Position numbers and translations under genes: made by a program
DNA from: Penicillus capitatus
Taxonomy: Eukaryota > Plantae > Chlorophyta
Reading direction: 5' to 3'
Length of the DNA stretch: 64,000 nt
Assembly: GCA_965649825.1 (NCBI GenBank)
Contig: OZ287719.1
Coordinates: 1 to 64,000, forward strand
In this document: piece by piece, positions 9,597 through 19,971 of the stretch
Layout: each line of letters starts with the position of its first letter
Position numbering within the stretch: position 1 is the first letter of the stretch
The notes under the pieces: generated by a model
The model's input: only the letters and a program-made list of their open reading frames with translations
Databases searched by the model: none
Told to the model about the DNA's origin: nothing

Positions 9597-12500
9597 GAAA
9601 CGGTAACGTTGTGGATCAAGATTTTGTTGCCTTTGTCGTCATACACGCAGTCCTCATCGCAGTTGAGCTGCAATTTGAAGGCTTGGAGGGCCTGGAGTCC
9701 TAGAATAGGACGTTGGACACCCTCGCAGACGACAAAGGGTATCTTCGCGCCTTTGTTTCCTAGGGTACACAGCATGCAGACCTCGCCGCTTGTACCAGTC
9801 GTCTGGTTGTTGAAACTCGTCACGTTCTGGACCTTCGCAGACCTGAGCACTAGATTGTGCTTTCGCGCCAGCTTGGCCGGAAGTACATTCGTCTCGGCCC
9901 CGGTATCCAACAGACAAGATATTTTTCCAGCTATGTCCTCCATAGCAAGCATGACGTTGTAACGCGCCATCCTCGCAGAGTTCCGACCCTGAGCTGGAGT
10001 TGTCTGGGATACCTTTTTGGAATCCTGATGTCTAGGAGTTCTTGCGATTGATGGGCAGTCTCTTTTAGAATGGCCCTTACGTCCGCAGTTCTCGCAGGTG
10101 TGTCCAACTTCTTGACGTACATGATGCTTGCCATCGGCCCTGGCGTGCTCTCGACTGTCCCGTTCCTTCTGTAGACATTCGTCGATGATCAGTTGCACGC
10201 GTGGCCAGTTGTCTGCATCTCCCCATGGCAGACCACGCAGACGTGATTGGATTTGAGCGTTCGCAATATTAAAGATTCTCTCCGTCGCCGTAGCATACTT
10301 GACGGGGTCATCTATCAATGCGAGCAGCTTCGACATTCTGCGTGTGAACTGCGAGAGATTCTCTTTACGTTTTGGCAACATCCTGTGTACGTTCTTTACG
10401 GTGGGACCATCTTTCTCGACGCGTCTAGTGGGAGTCTGGCTTTTTGGAGTGTGCGGAGTTGCAGCTTTACTAGGGCGACGATTGTCTGAGTCCTGACGTA
10501 TTTGTTGACTCTGTTTCCGTTCGGTTGTTCCTTGGCTCTCGTGCGATGGCTCAGGCTCGGGGTGATGTAACTCACATCCGACTTGCTGAACTCGCATCCG
10601 ATCCTCAACCGCTTCTACTCGTTGCCCGATAGTAAGTATGCTGGCCTCCACAACCTCTTCCAATCTCCCTTGTCTATTGACAAGTCTGTCCTCGAGTTCT
10701 GCAGCGCGCCTCATAAGCCCATCTTGCATCGCTTGAACACTTTCCATCAAGGATTGTATCAAGTTACGTTGTTCAGTGTCTTGGCGGACTTCCGGCGACG
10801 GGTCTGGGTGGATTTCCGTCACTGGATTTTGTTGGTCTGCCCGTCGTGGTGCCGAATGTTGCGGTGGCGGAGGCGACTGAGATGGCGCGACAGGACGAGA
10901 AGGACTGGATGACGGCGTTGACTCCTGCGGCGGTGACTGGGATGGCGGCGGTGGCGACTGTTGTGTAGGCGTCGGTGGTGACTGCTCTTGTGACGACTGC
11001 TGAGTGGTCAGTTCTTGAGTCAGTTGCTGCGCCTGAGCCCTATGTCCCCGCATCAGATTCCACACGATTCTGAGTAACCAGCAAATCCCCTGGGTTATGG
11101 CTACGACTCGCATCACAACCTTGCGGATGTTCCTGAATACATTCAAGATCCATGCAGCGACCTTGTATAGAAGCATAGCAGCGCCTACCAACTGCCAGCC
11201 GTTCCCCGTCGCCAGGGCACTACGAATTGCTCTGAGTCCAAATTTATCCCAAAGCGTGCCTAACATCCACGTGACCGCGTTATCTCGGGCACCGGTTAGC
11301 CATTTTATAGAGCGGTCGATGAATGTATCATTCCCGTGATTGCTCTCCCAACCGTTAGCCTGGCTTTCGCAGATGCAATCGTCTAGAGCCGTCTTCATGT
11401 TGCTTGTGTGTTCGTTGATCTTGTTTATTGTCTCGCGGATATTATTGAGAGTGTCATTGAGGTGCTGCCAATCGACGTTAGAACTCTTAGCTTGTGACTC
11501 TTGTGACGTTTCAGGTCCTTGGCTGTCTGTCGACGAACCATTTACCGTGATGTTCAGGAACTGGGTGATGCCGTCCAAGGTCTCTGCGACGTGTCGCACT
11601 TCTCCTACGAGAGAGGACTTCCTAGATGGGAAGTTGTTGATGATCGAGACTGTCGCAGTCGTCAACAAGCTCGCTGGAGAGAATACGGACAACACACCTC
11701 TGTTTGTCGCCCAGTTGACGATCCCATGAGCAGTAAGACCTACGACAGCACTAGTGATCATTGCGTCAATATAGTCTGGCCAAGTGATGTCGACTCCCAT
11801 TCTGAAGTCGGGGATCATGGACCAAGATTGCCCATCTTCGACAGGTAGAGCATCTCCCATCTCGTGCAAATTGAAGACATTTTCTGGGGGGAGTTCTTGT
11901 TCTGTCCATTGGTCTTCGGACTCTTCGGACTCTTCGGGATCGGATCGCGGAGCCTCTTCGTCGAATAGATCTTCCGCCAATTCTACCGGAATCTCGTATT
12001 CGTCATACTCGAGTTCGTATGCTTCTGCGCTGGGTTCCGTGTCCAGCGGTAAGTCCGTATTATTCTGCACGTCTTCATGTTCTGCGACGGGGATAGCGAA
12101 CTCAAAACGCCTGCGGAGGGCTCTCGCCGATCCTGCTATGGTACGTCTGTCTTCTTCGGCATGTGTGTCTTCGCACACGAGGTCGTGTACCTTCTGTCTA
12201 GACGCGTCCAGCAGTGTCTTTTGTTCCCACGTCTGTGAATGAGTGCCAGGGATCAGTAGAAAGAAGGACATTCCTGTAGCTAGCAACGGTTTTCCTCCCC
12301 AATAGACCAGGGAACCTTCGCCGAGAAGCATGATCAGCATATTGGCTTCCTCGTACGTAATGCCTTCGCTTGCGTCATAGAAGATGATGCCGTTAGGGCA
12401 CTCTTTGACGAAGACCGCGATCTCCCTTTGAATTATTCTAGCCTCATCCACAGATTTGGATTGCGGTTTAATATACTTGAAACAACTACTCTTTTGCAGA

Positions 12501-12802
12501 CTAGGCTCAGTCTTGATTCCGTTAACCAGCGAGTCGCATGTACTTGTCGTACAGTAGAGAATTGTAGACGTCGCTTTATCGTAAAAATTGTTGCCTACCT
12601 TGTCGTTTATACTACGGGCAAGGTTATCGACATACTGATCTATCCAGTCTCCGCCACCGCGGACGTTTTCCTGGATGCTTGTTAGGGTTTTATTCCGTAA
12701 CCCTATTATTCCATCCTTCCAGCCAAACCATGAGCCGTGCGTGACGGCGGCAAAGTGTAGAAGAACCCACAACAGCATTGGGAGCACTCGCTCCGAAACC
12801 AT
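9587..12802 (-). CDS. gag: ORF1 polyprotein, 1071 aa: signal peptide, AAA-like lumenal domain, ectodomain, TM, Gag (CCHC), aspartic protease
   Basis: N-terminus MVSERVLPMLLWVLLHFAAVTHG; zinc knuckle CENCGRKGHSKRDC (10055-10096); protease CLLDTGAETNVL...PILG; hydrophobic span at about 11050-11200. Confidence 0.9.
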   Translation of the reverse strand: MVSERVLPMLLWVLLHFAAVTHGSWFGWKDGIIGLRNKTLTSIQENVRGGGDWIDQYVDNLARSINDKVGNNFYDKATSTILYCTTSTCDSLVNGIKTEPSLQKSSCFKYIKPQSKSVDEARIIQREIAVFVKECPNGIIFYDASEGITYEEANMLIMLLGEGSLVYWGGKPLLATGMSFFLLIPGTHSQTWEQKTLLDASRQKVHDLVCEDTHAEEDRRTIAGSARALRRRFEFAIPVAEHEDVQNNTDLPLDTEPSAEAYELEYDEYEIPVELAEDLFDEEAPRSDPEESEESEDQWTEQELPPENVFNLHEMGDALPVEDGQSWSMIPDFRMGVDITWPDYIDAMITSAVVGLTAHGIVNWATNRGVLSVFSPASLLTTATVSIINNFPSRKSSLVGEVRHVAETLDGITQFLNITVNGSSTDSQGPETSQESQAKSSNVDWQHLNDTLNNIRETINKINEHTSNMKTALDDCICESQANGWESNHGNDTFIDRSIKWLTGARDNAVTWMLGTLWDKFGLRAIRSALATGNGWQLVGAAMLLYKVAAWILNVFRNIRKVVMRVVAITQGICWLLRIVWNLMRGHRAQAQQLTQELTTQQSSQEQSPPTPTQQSPPPPSQSPPQESTPSSSPSRPVAPSQSPPPPQHSAPRRADQQNPVTEIHPDPSPEVRQDTEQRNLIQSLMESVQAMQDGLMRRAAELEDRLVNRQGRLEEVVEASILTIGQRVEAVEDRMRVQQVGCELHHPEPEPSHESQGTTERKQSQQIRQDSDNRRPSKAATPHTPKSQTPTRRVEKDGPTVKNVHRMLPKRKENLSQFTRRMSKLLALIDDPVKYATATERIFNIANAQIQSRLRGLPWGDADNWPRVQLIIDECLQKERDSREHARADGKHHVRQEVGHTCENCGRKGHSKRDCPSIARTPRHQDSKKVSQTTPAQGRNSARMARYNVMLAMEDIAGKISCLLDTGAETNVLPAKLARKHNLVLRSAKVQNVTSFNNQTTGTSGEVCMLCTLGNKGAKIPFVVCEGVQRPILGLQALQAFKLQLNCDEDCVYDDKGNKILIHNVTVSKN
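9590..9596 (-). promoter_or_regulatory. -1 ribosomal frameshift slippery heptamer A-AAA-AAC
   Basis: ORF1 ends TCA AAA AAC TAA. The -1 frame (AAA AAA CTA AGG TAC...) runs without a stop into pol. Confidence 0.85.
12787..12801 (-). other. Putative primer-binding site (TGGTTTCGGAGCGAG)
   Basis: Starts with TGG directly after the 5' LTR; primer tRNA not identified. Confidence 0.5.
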
Positions 12803-13105
12803 GTCGCGTAGGGTTTTAGATGGAAACAATTTAAACGGTGGGCGCACGTAAACCTTTGAAACGTAAAGTCTTACAAACGAAAGACAAGATCTGTACATCT
12901 ACAACGCTTTTATAGGGTACTTTATTTTAAGTAACAAAAAGGAATATTCTGCGAAGATTCCGGAATCTGCTTGGAATCTGTGACGTAGAGCCGCGGGTCT
13001 ATTTGTGGATGGAAGCTATAGAGAACCTACGACCTGTCACTTGGAGATCGACACAAGTGTAAGTAGATGAGCGCATTATCGTGAGCGCTACGCCTTAACA
13101 CGACA
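12802..13105 (-). repeat. 5' LTR (304 bp)
   Basis: Reads identical to 6278-6581; followed on the plus strand by TSD CCGT. Confidence 0.97.
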
Positions 13106-16100
13106 CCGTTTTCAGAAACAACACCAGTTTGGCCGGAGGGGGTTTGCTCTATGACTGCGGAGATACGATCATGTACACGATTAAGGTATGTTGTTCTGTC
13201 TTCTGTTTCTTTATCAAATCCAACAAAGGAGTTGTGTACACAGGTCGAAAATTCCAGTTTCGTGGGCAATCGTGTTTTGCCGAGGACGGATTCCGACTTT
13301 GTGGCGTTGGTAGAGGAAGGCAACACCTATGAAGTTTATCCACCAGCCTTGGTCAACATCTTGAACAGCGGTGGCCCGGTTGATAACTCCACGGACGACG
13401 TGAACATCGGGACCAATCATTTTGAGGGACACGGTGGCGGTGTTGCCTTCTCTCTTATCGAAGTCCGACCGACCGCCATCGTCCAGATCCTGTTCCAGAA
13501 CGTTGTCATCGAGGAAAACGAAGCCGTCGTCGGGGGTGTGTTCCCAATTGGATGCCATCCACTCACCACAAACCTCTTCTGCAGGTGGCATGTCTTCCGA
13601 CATGACAGGTCCTTTTTGGAATACAGATGACAGGCCTAACTGCGCTTCGATGATCATTGGTTTCGAAGTCTGCCAGAAGTTCGAGGTCCGCAACGTCACG
13701 ATCGTCAAGAATAAGGCAGAGTTCGCCGGTGGTGTGTTCGTCTCTCACCGCGACGGAATTGTCGCCTCCTGTGGTCCTGAAAAGGAAAGATTCACAGCTA
13801 GCGACCATGCCAGTGCAGTTACTGGAACAGACGTGGCATCTCGCTATTGTGTGAAGATCCAAGGCAACTCGCGCGTCGATGGCAAGCTTGACACGGCTGA
13901 GGCAGCAACACGAGCCGTGCAGCTGCACGTCGAAGGAGGGAGAGACCGGCTGAAGCGAGTGGCCAGTGGAGAGGCTCTCGCACTGCCATGCCAAGACAGG
14001 CTGAATTCAAGCTGCTCAGTGCCATTTCGCATCCATGTGAAGGACGCGTTCAATCAGACGATCGACGGCGGCATCGAAGACGCGAACCTGGATGTCAGCA
14101 TCACCTCCGACGACATCGTCGGAGACCAGAGGTACTCGGCGGAGAAGGGAATCGTGACGATCGACAACACGCAAGCATGGGGCATCAACCGGGACAGCAC
14201 AGTGACCATCGCGAGTCGAAGAGACAGCAGCATCAAGGTCGAGCTGCCCCTGTCCACGAGGGAATGCTATCCAGGAGAGATCGAGCACGACGACGTCTGC
14301 AACGCGTGTCCGACGGACCAGTACAGCTTCTTACCGTCTCTCAAAAAGTGCGAGAGCTGTGAAGAGAATGCAGAGTGCGGCGGCGGTGCTGTGTTGGTGC
14401 CGACGGAGGGTTACTGGCATTCCACGCCTTTCTCCCCGGTCTTCCACAAGTGCACCTACTTCACCGCCTGTCACTACGACAGAAGACGCGAGAAGTTGAT
14501 GCAGTTCTACGAAGATCCGGAGGAACTGAAGAGGCAGTTGGACAGACTCGGTCGCTATCTGGAGAACAGCGAAATGGAAGAACCTGACTTCGCAGACTAT
14601 CAGCAGTGCGACGAAGGTTACGGTGGCCCCCTCTGCGGCTCCTGTCAGCAGGGATACGGTCACTCCTACACGGGAGAGTGTGAGGCATGTCCAGAGCGAA
14701 GATCGGCAGCGCGACTCCGTTTCTTCTTCACCGTTGTCTTCCTGTTCTTTGTAGTCGGCAGCAACTGCATCATCACACTGGTGTCTTCAAGAGCACGAGT
14801 GACGCTGGCCAAGCACGAGATGAAGACTGCAGCGAGGACTGTGACAAAAACGCATTCGGCAATCACTTCTGCCAGAAATCCATCAGCGACAAGCTCGAGG
14901 CTCATCTCCCGTCGCTCAGGTATTCAGCAAAGATACCTGCCTTGAATTCCTTCCATCGACTGTCCCGTTTAGGCTTCAGCGACGTCGGTGGACATCCAGA
15001 CACATCGACGCGGCTCATCCTCGCGCAGCAGCTTGCGGCCACGATCATGCTGACGGAGACTCTGAAGGCAAGAATACTTCCCTACCGTTCTCATCGAACA
15101 CGTCAACTGTCGACAGATTCTGATCAACTATCTCCAAGTCACTGGCGCCGCCCTGCGTCTGCAGGCCGACTGGAGTCCACTGTTAAAATCCCTCCTTAAA
15201 ATTGAAGGTGAAGCGAGCAGACGCGTTCAGTATTTCTCACCTTTTGTGCTGTTCAGCTTCGCTGGTCGGGTCACTGACTGCTGTCATGTCCGCCCCCTAC
15301 GAGTGCTGTCATCAGAATGTCGACATGTCCGCCTCGGTCGCTGCAGCGTGGATGAGACTGGCGATACCATGGATCGTCCTGCCCGGCCTGCTCATCACTC
15401 TTGTCGCCATCTGGGCTGCCGTCTGTGCCTGGACGGCGTGCAAGCAGAAGTGGAAGGCAGACGCTGACAATACTTTCACTGCCGAACGCCTGATGACCTA
15501 CGCCATCATCATCTCCATCGTCTCGATGCACTTTAACTACATCAACGTGGTCAGAGAACTCCTCAAGGCCGTCAACTGTGTGGACATGGCCGATGCCTAT
15601 GAAGAAGTCGGCTTCGACCACCCATTTCGAGACTACGCGACGGAGACTGTCGATCGCACCGTCTGGGCCGAGGACACAGAACTGGCGTGCTTCCGAGGAT
15701 CCCATCTCCCGCTCGGCGTCATCGGCATCGTCGGTCTGGTCGCATCCTTGCTGGGCATCGTCGCCATCATTCTCTGGCTGCCGCTGAACAGGAAGCACAA
15801 GGGGAAGACCACCTTCATCGAGAGGTACTGGTTTCTGTACCAAGCCTACAGGCGCGACTGGTACACAGTCGCCTGGGAGTCTGTCATTCTGGTTAGGAAG
15901 TCAATGATCGCCGCGGCCGTCGTGTTCTCCGTCCACATGACGCCGAACCTCCAAGCCTCCATCTGCGCAGGAGTCCTGACATTCGCTCTGGCCGCGCACG
16001 CCATCTTCATGCCCTTCAAGATCCCAGAAGAGCATCCGAACGTCCCGGACTACGCCGGCGGTCTGTTCCGCATCGTCCGTCTGCCGTCACTTGCAAGGAG

Positions 16101-17176
16101 GTGGGTCTCCCTGAACAACGCCGTCGACCTCAATACACTCGAGATCGTGTCTCTGGCAGCCTCGGCCAGCGTCTTCTATTCGGCCGTAGTGCTGCACGAC
16201 GACAGCTCTTCCGCTCTGGGCCGCCTGTTCATGTCCCTCTTGGCCTTCTCTGTCAATGCCTCTTTCGCAATCTATCTGATCTACCTTCTGTATACTGGCC
16301 TGCACGTGCTTCTGGATCTCAAGCTGGAGCTGAAGAAAGTGTACATTTTGGATGGAGAGAACAGCATGGGACCGTTTGCCTTAGCAAGGAAGGCATATGC
16401 ATTGTTTCAGATCTGGAGAGACGAGAAGAAGAAAGACGTATCCGCCACAGACGTCTCGGACACCGATCCTGAAGCGCAGCCGGCTGAAGAGTAGTCATCG
16501 CATCATATACAGCGCATTCGAACCACTGCGAGGGTGGTTCTTTAGGTGGCGCAACAGAAGCCATCGGGTTCTGATATGATAAAGCATTTTTTGGGGGTGT
16601 ATGAGACAGGCACTCAGGCATCGTTGTTGGGTGCCTCATAACTCTTCAATAAGTCATTTTTTCTGAGATCATTCTCAGTTGATCCGTTTTTTCGATGCCT
16701 TATGCACGGCATTGTTCGAAGAGGACAGTTTTTGTGGTGTTTTGTTGCGGTTGCTTCTGTCTAAGGAGCGACACGTGCCTGTTTATCCATAAGATTACAT
16801 TTTTGTTGTCGAATCAGTCGTAAGTCACATTGAACTAGCAAAGCACGATTGTTTGGATCTAAAAGATCTGACTCTTTAAGCGATTTATGTTTTCGAGCGA
16901 TCTCTCCGACGCGGACATCTAACTTTGATTGAGCATTGAATCCGAGACATTGCAGAGACTCTTTGTGTTAATGTGATGTCGAGCAGCGCATGACAGAGTC
17001 CTTGTTCCGTACCTGTGACCATTGATTCTTTTCACTCGGATCGTCTTTCAAACGGATCGACACGCTCTGAGGACTTCTATGTCATCGACGGTGGCACTTT
17101 TTAACCAGCGGAGGGAGCTCAAGAAAGGACATTGCAATGCCTTTGACGCTGAAGGCAGCAACGCGGCAAAAACGAC

Positions 17177-17735
17177 GATCCTTCTGACTCCCAGTGAGTT
17201 CCACTTCGGCACGCATTATGTTTCGAATGCGTCTCCATTGGGCCTGTTCGGTCTCCGAGACCTCCTTCGTCTTCTCCACTTGCGCCTCCCGCTGCTGCAA
17301 GTCCTCTCCAAATCTGCACCGTCCAGAACAACCGGCTCAGCAGTCCGGTCTGCATGAAGGACATCGAAAGCACTTTTCGAGGCTATGCATTGCCGCCTCT
17401 CATGCGGACTGCATTCTGGCACCCCTGTAGACGCGCATACAATCCAAAACGCGTGCTTGACGGCATGCATTTCCCAGCGACTCTGGCCTTGTATTGCCGC
17501 ATCTCTTCCAGCGCGACAAGCCTCAGCTCCAACTCGTGTTTCTTCGTCCGGTGCCGATTTTCCGCCTCCTTCGAAACTGTCCCGTCTTCCTTAGTCTGTA
17601 CACGGGATCCAAGTCAGCGGCCTGGCCATCGAACTTCAAACATCAGATGGCAGCAGAGAGCGCCATAACTGTTGGTAAATTTCTCCATTTTCGCTTCGAA
17701 TCGCGGCATACGCTTATTGCGCTGGAGAAGCAAGT
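17177..17735 (-). pseudogene. Degenerate partial duplicate of the coiled-coil gene at 25182-26542
   Basis: Direct-orientation similarity to 25697-26265 (QQREAQVEK..EQAQWRRIRNIMRAEVE.TGSQKD in both), with frameshifts here. Confidence 0.7.
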
Positions 17736-19163
17736 CTCTTCGACTAACTCCAAGCTTTCTTTTCTTGCGCCGGTGTTCCAGTTTCCACGTTTCTATTGTG
17801 CAGCCGTCTTGTCGACTCCGTGAGTTCACTTGGGAGACTTGTTCTAACTGTTTCTTCGACTCCGTGATCTCGGGTTGCGATAACTGTACGGTTGTTACGA
17901 GCCCTTAGGCTCTAATGAAATTCCGTCTTGCCTTTGCGTCGGCTGACCGGCGCCGGGCACCGGTGCTTCTCCCGCTAACACGCCAGAATACCGAGAAACC
18001 CTCTTCGGCCACGCACCCAGACTCGACTACAATCCGACCCAAGACCCAACGAGCCCAGACGACGGAAGCCATTCCATTCGCGGCATTGGCCAGGATATAC
18101 AACACGGACTGGATGACGTCTCTGAAAGGCAAGACAATCGAGCACACCAGTCCTAGAACCTAAGCCGACATAAAGGTCCGACTTATCGAACGCCCAAGAC
18201 AAAAATGGCCAACACAACGAACCAAACACGACCAGAACAAAGAGAAAGAGCACCACCCTACGGGGCCACCTAAGAATGACATATACAACCGTGGACAGAT
18301 AAACTGGACGAGCTAGCTCCCCAACAGCTTGGGAAGATCCCGAGTACTCACTAGAAGAACACAACACAGACGTCATCCAAACAGCGAACCACCCCAAGTC
18401 ATGGAGTGGAAGCAACTCCGTCTGGCCACAGACGGCACTACCATCACCAGGAAAACGAAAAGGAAGCGAGCGGTATTCTGATAAAGAAAAAAGAACAGAT
18501 TGACTGATTGCGACTCGAGCCGCCAGATCGAGAAAGCGTCATCGTTAAAGCGACACTAGCTGCGTTTAGGTTCGCCGACAAGCCAGGACTGGTGGCGGAT
18601 GTGACGAAGAAGAAGCGGTCACTGTCACGTCGGTCATCATACGGGGAGTCCGTTTCGCTGAGAAAAGGTGTATCGGTGAGCAATAACCGCTTCTTACCTC
18701 TTCGCCCCCGAGGGCCGATAGGAAAGAGCAGCACAACAATGAGACGCAGAGTGCCGCAGACGTCGTAAAGCATCAACTGTTCCACCATGGAGTGGTAAAT
18801 TCCTAGCTAGTTTGTGAAGATCAACTCGCTGTAGGTATTCACTCTATCGAATGCTTTTCGTCCGTGTCGAAGTCGAAGTCGTTCGACTATTCGTGAAGCG
18901 CGGGACGTGTCACAAGTTTCCTTGATCAACGCCCACATCAATCGCCTGACTCAGGAGGCGCCGTTCCTCTAGTTTGTTTTGCGATACCTTTTCGGTTTGT
19001 CTGCTACGTTTTCTTACAGGTCTGGTTTGAGTTATGCGCGAACTTTTAAGCTGTGTTGAGTGCAGCGAGTAACGGTGTTCTCGTGAGTAGATGGCATGTG
19101 CAGATGTCCAGTCGGTGCGAATAATGTGGACCGGAAGATTATCAACTTGGATACAGCAAAGAT

Positions 19164-19206
<43 letters not shown>
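19164..19206. repeat. (GACA)n microsatellite
   Basis: About 10 perfect units; the left copy has only about 2 units at the equivalent site (near 1780). Confidence 0.95.
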
Positions 19207-19341
19207 CTTCTCGAAGAGGCGTACATAGAACCAACCTATATCGTCAAAGTCAATCGTGTATGCGTAAAAACGAACCAATCGTCAAACGCGCGCGAAGCAA
19301 GAACTTAGTGAGATATAGGGAATGCCATTCATTACATACCA

Positions 19342-19971
19342 TTGGAAACAGCCCGTTCGATTCATAAGGATCGAACTCGACTTGGCAGAGAAACAGCCAG
19401 AGCAGTGAATCTGATTGGAAACATCCCGTTCGATTCATAAGGATCGAACTCGACTTGGCAGAGAAACAGCCAGTGTGAATTGAATCCGAATGGGGCCGGT
19501 TCGACTTATGGCGCCGAACCCGTCTTGCCAGAGAAACAGCCAGTGTGAATTGAATCCGAATGGGGCCGGTTCGACTTATGGCGCCGAACCCGTCTTGCCA
19601 GAGAAACGGCCAGAGTGAATTGAATCCGAATGGAGCCGGTTCGACTTATGGCCGCCGAACCCGTCTTGCCGGAGAAACAGCCAGAGCAGTGAATTGAATC
19701 CGAATGGAGCCGGTTCGGCTTATGGCCGCCGAACCCGTCTTGCCAGAGAAACGGCCAGAGTGAATTGAATCCGAATGGAGCCGGTTCGACTTATGGCCGC
19801 CGAACCCGTCTTGCCGGAGAAACAGCCAGAGTGAATTGAATCCGAATGGGGCCGGTTCGGCTTATGGCCGCCGAACCCGTCTTGCCAGAGAAACGGCCAG
19901 AGAGTGAATTGAATCCGAATGGAGCCGGTTCGGCTTATGGCCGCCGAACCCGTCTTGCCAGAGAAACAGCC
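19342..19971. repeat. ~71-bp tandem array: 2 type-B plus 7 type-A hairpin units
   Basis: TGAATTGAATCCGAATGG recurs at 19476, 19546, 19616, 19690, 19761, 19832 and 19905. Confidence 0.92.

Larger units (their letters stand above)
6278..13105 (-). mobile_element. Intact Ty3/Gypsy-type LTR retrotransposon with atypical membrane-targeted ORF1
   Basis: 304-bp direct LTRs with TGTCG...CGACA ends, 4-bp TSD CCGT (6274-6277, 13106-13109), domain order PR-RT-RH-IN, both ORFs uninterrupted. Confidence 0.97.
4461..16494 (+). pseudogene. Signal peptide + Pmp-like (GGAI/FxxN) beta-helix repeats + Cys-rich region + multi-TM domain gene, disrupted by LTR retrotransposon insertion in an exon
   Basis: ATG 4461 gives MWTRRRLQLIFFAALACALVDS, then a GTAAG intron 4531-4597. 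GGAI/FxxN repeats in ORF 4854-6035, CxxCP..C..C..C.GG and C..GY.G.LCG.C motifs in 13422-14945, TM domain in 15202-16494. Removing the element and one CCGT restores the frame NGRPTV-FRNNTSLAGGGLLY. Confidence 0.85.

Noticed and set aside
17860-18440. A/C-rich stretch with short ORFs as a LINE or Penelope relic
   Set aside because: No RT or endonuclease motif is recognisable in any frame.
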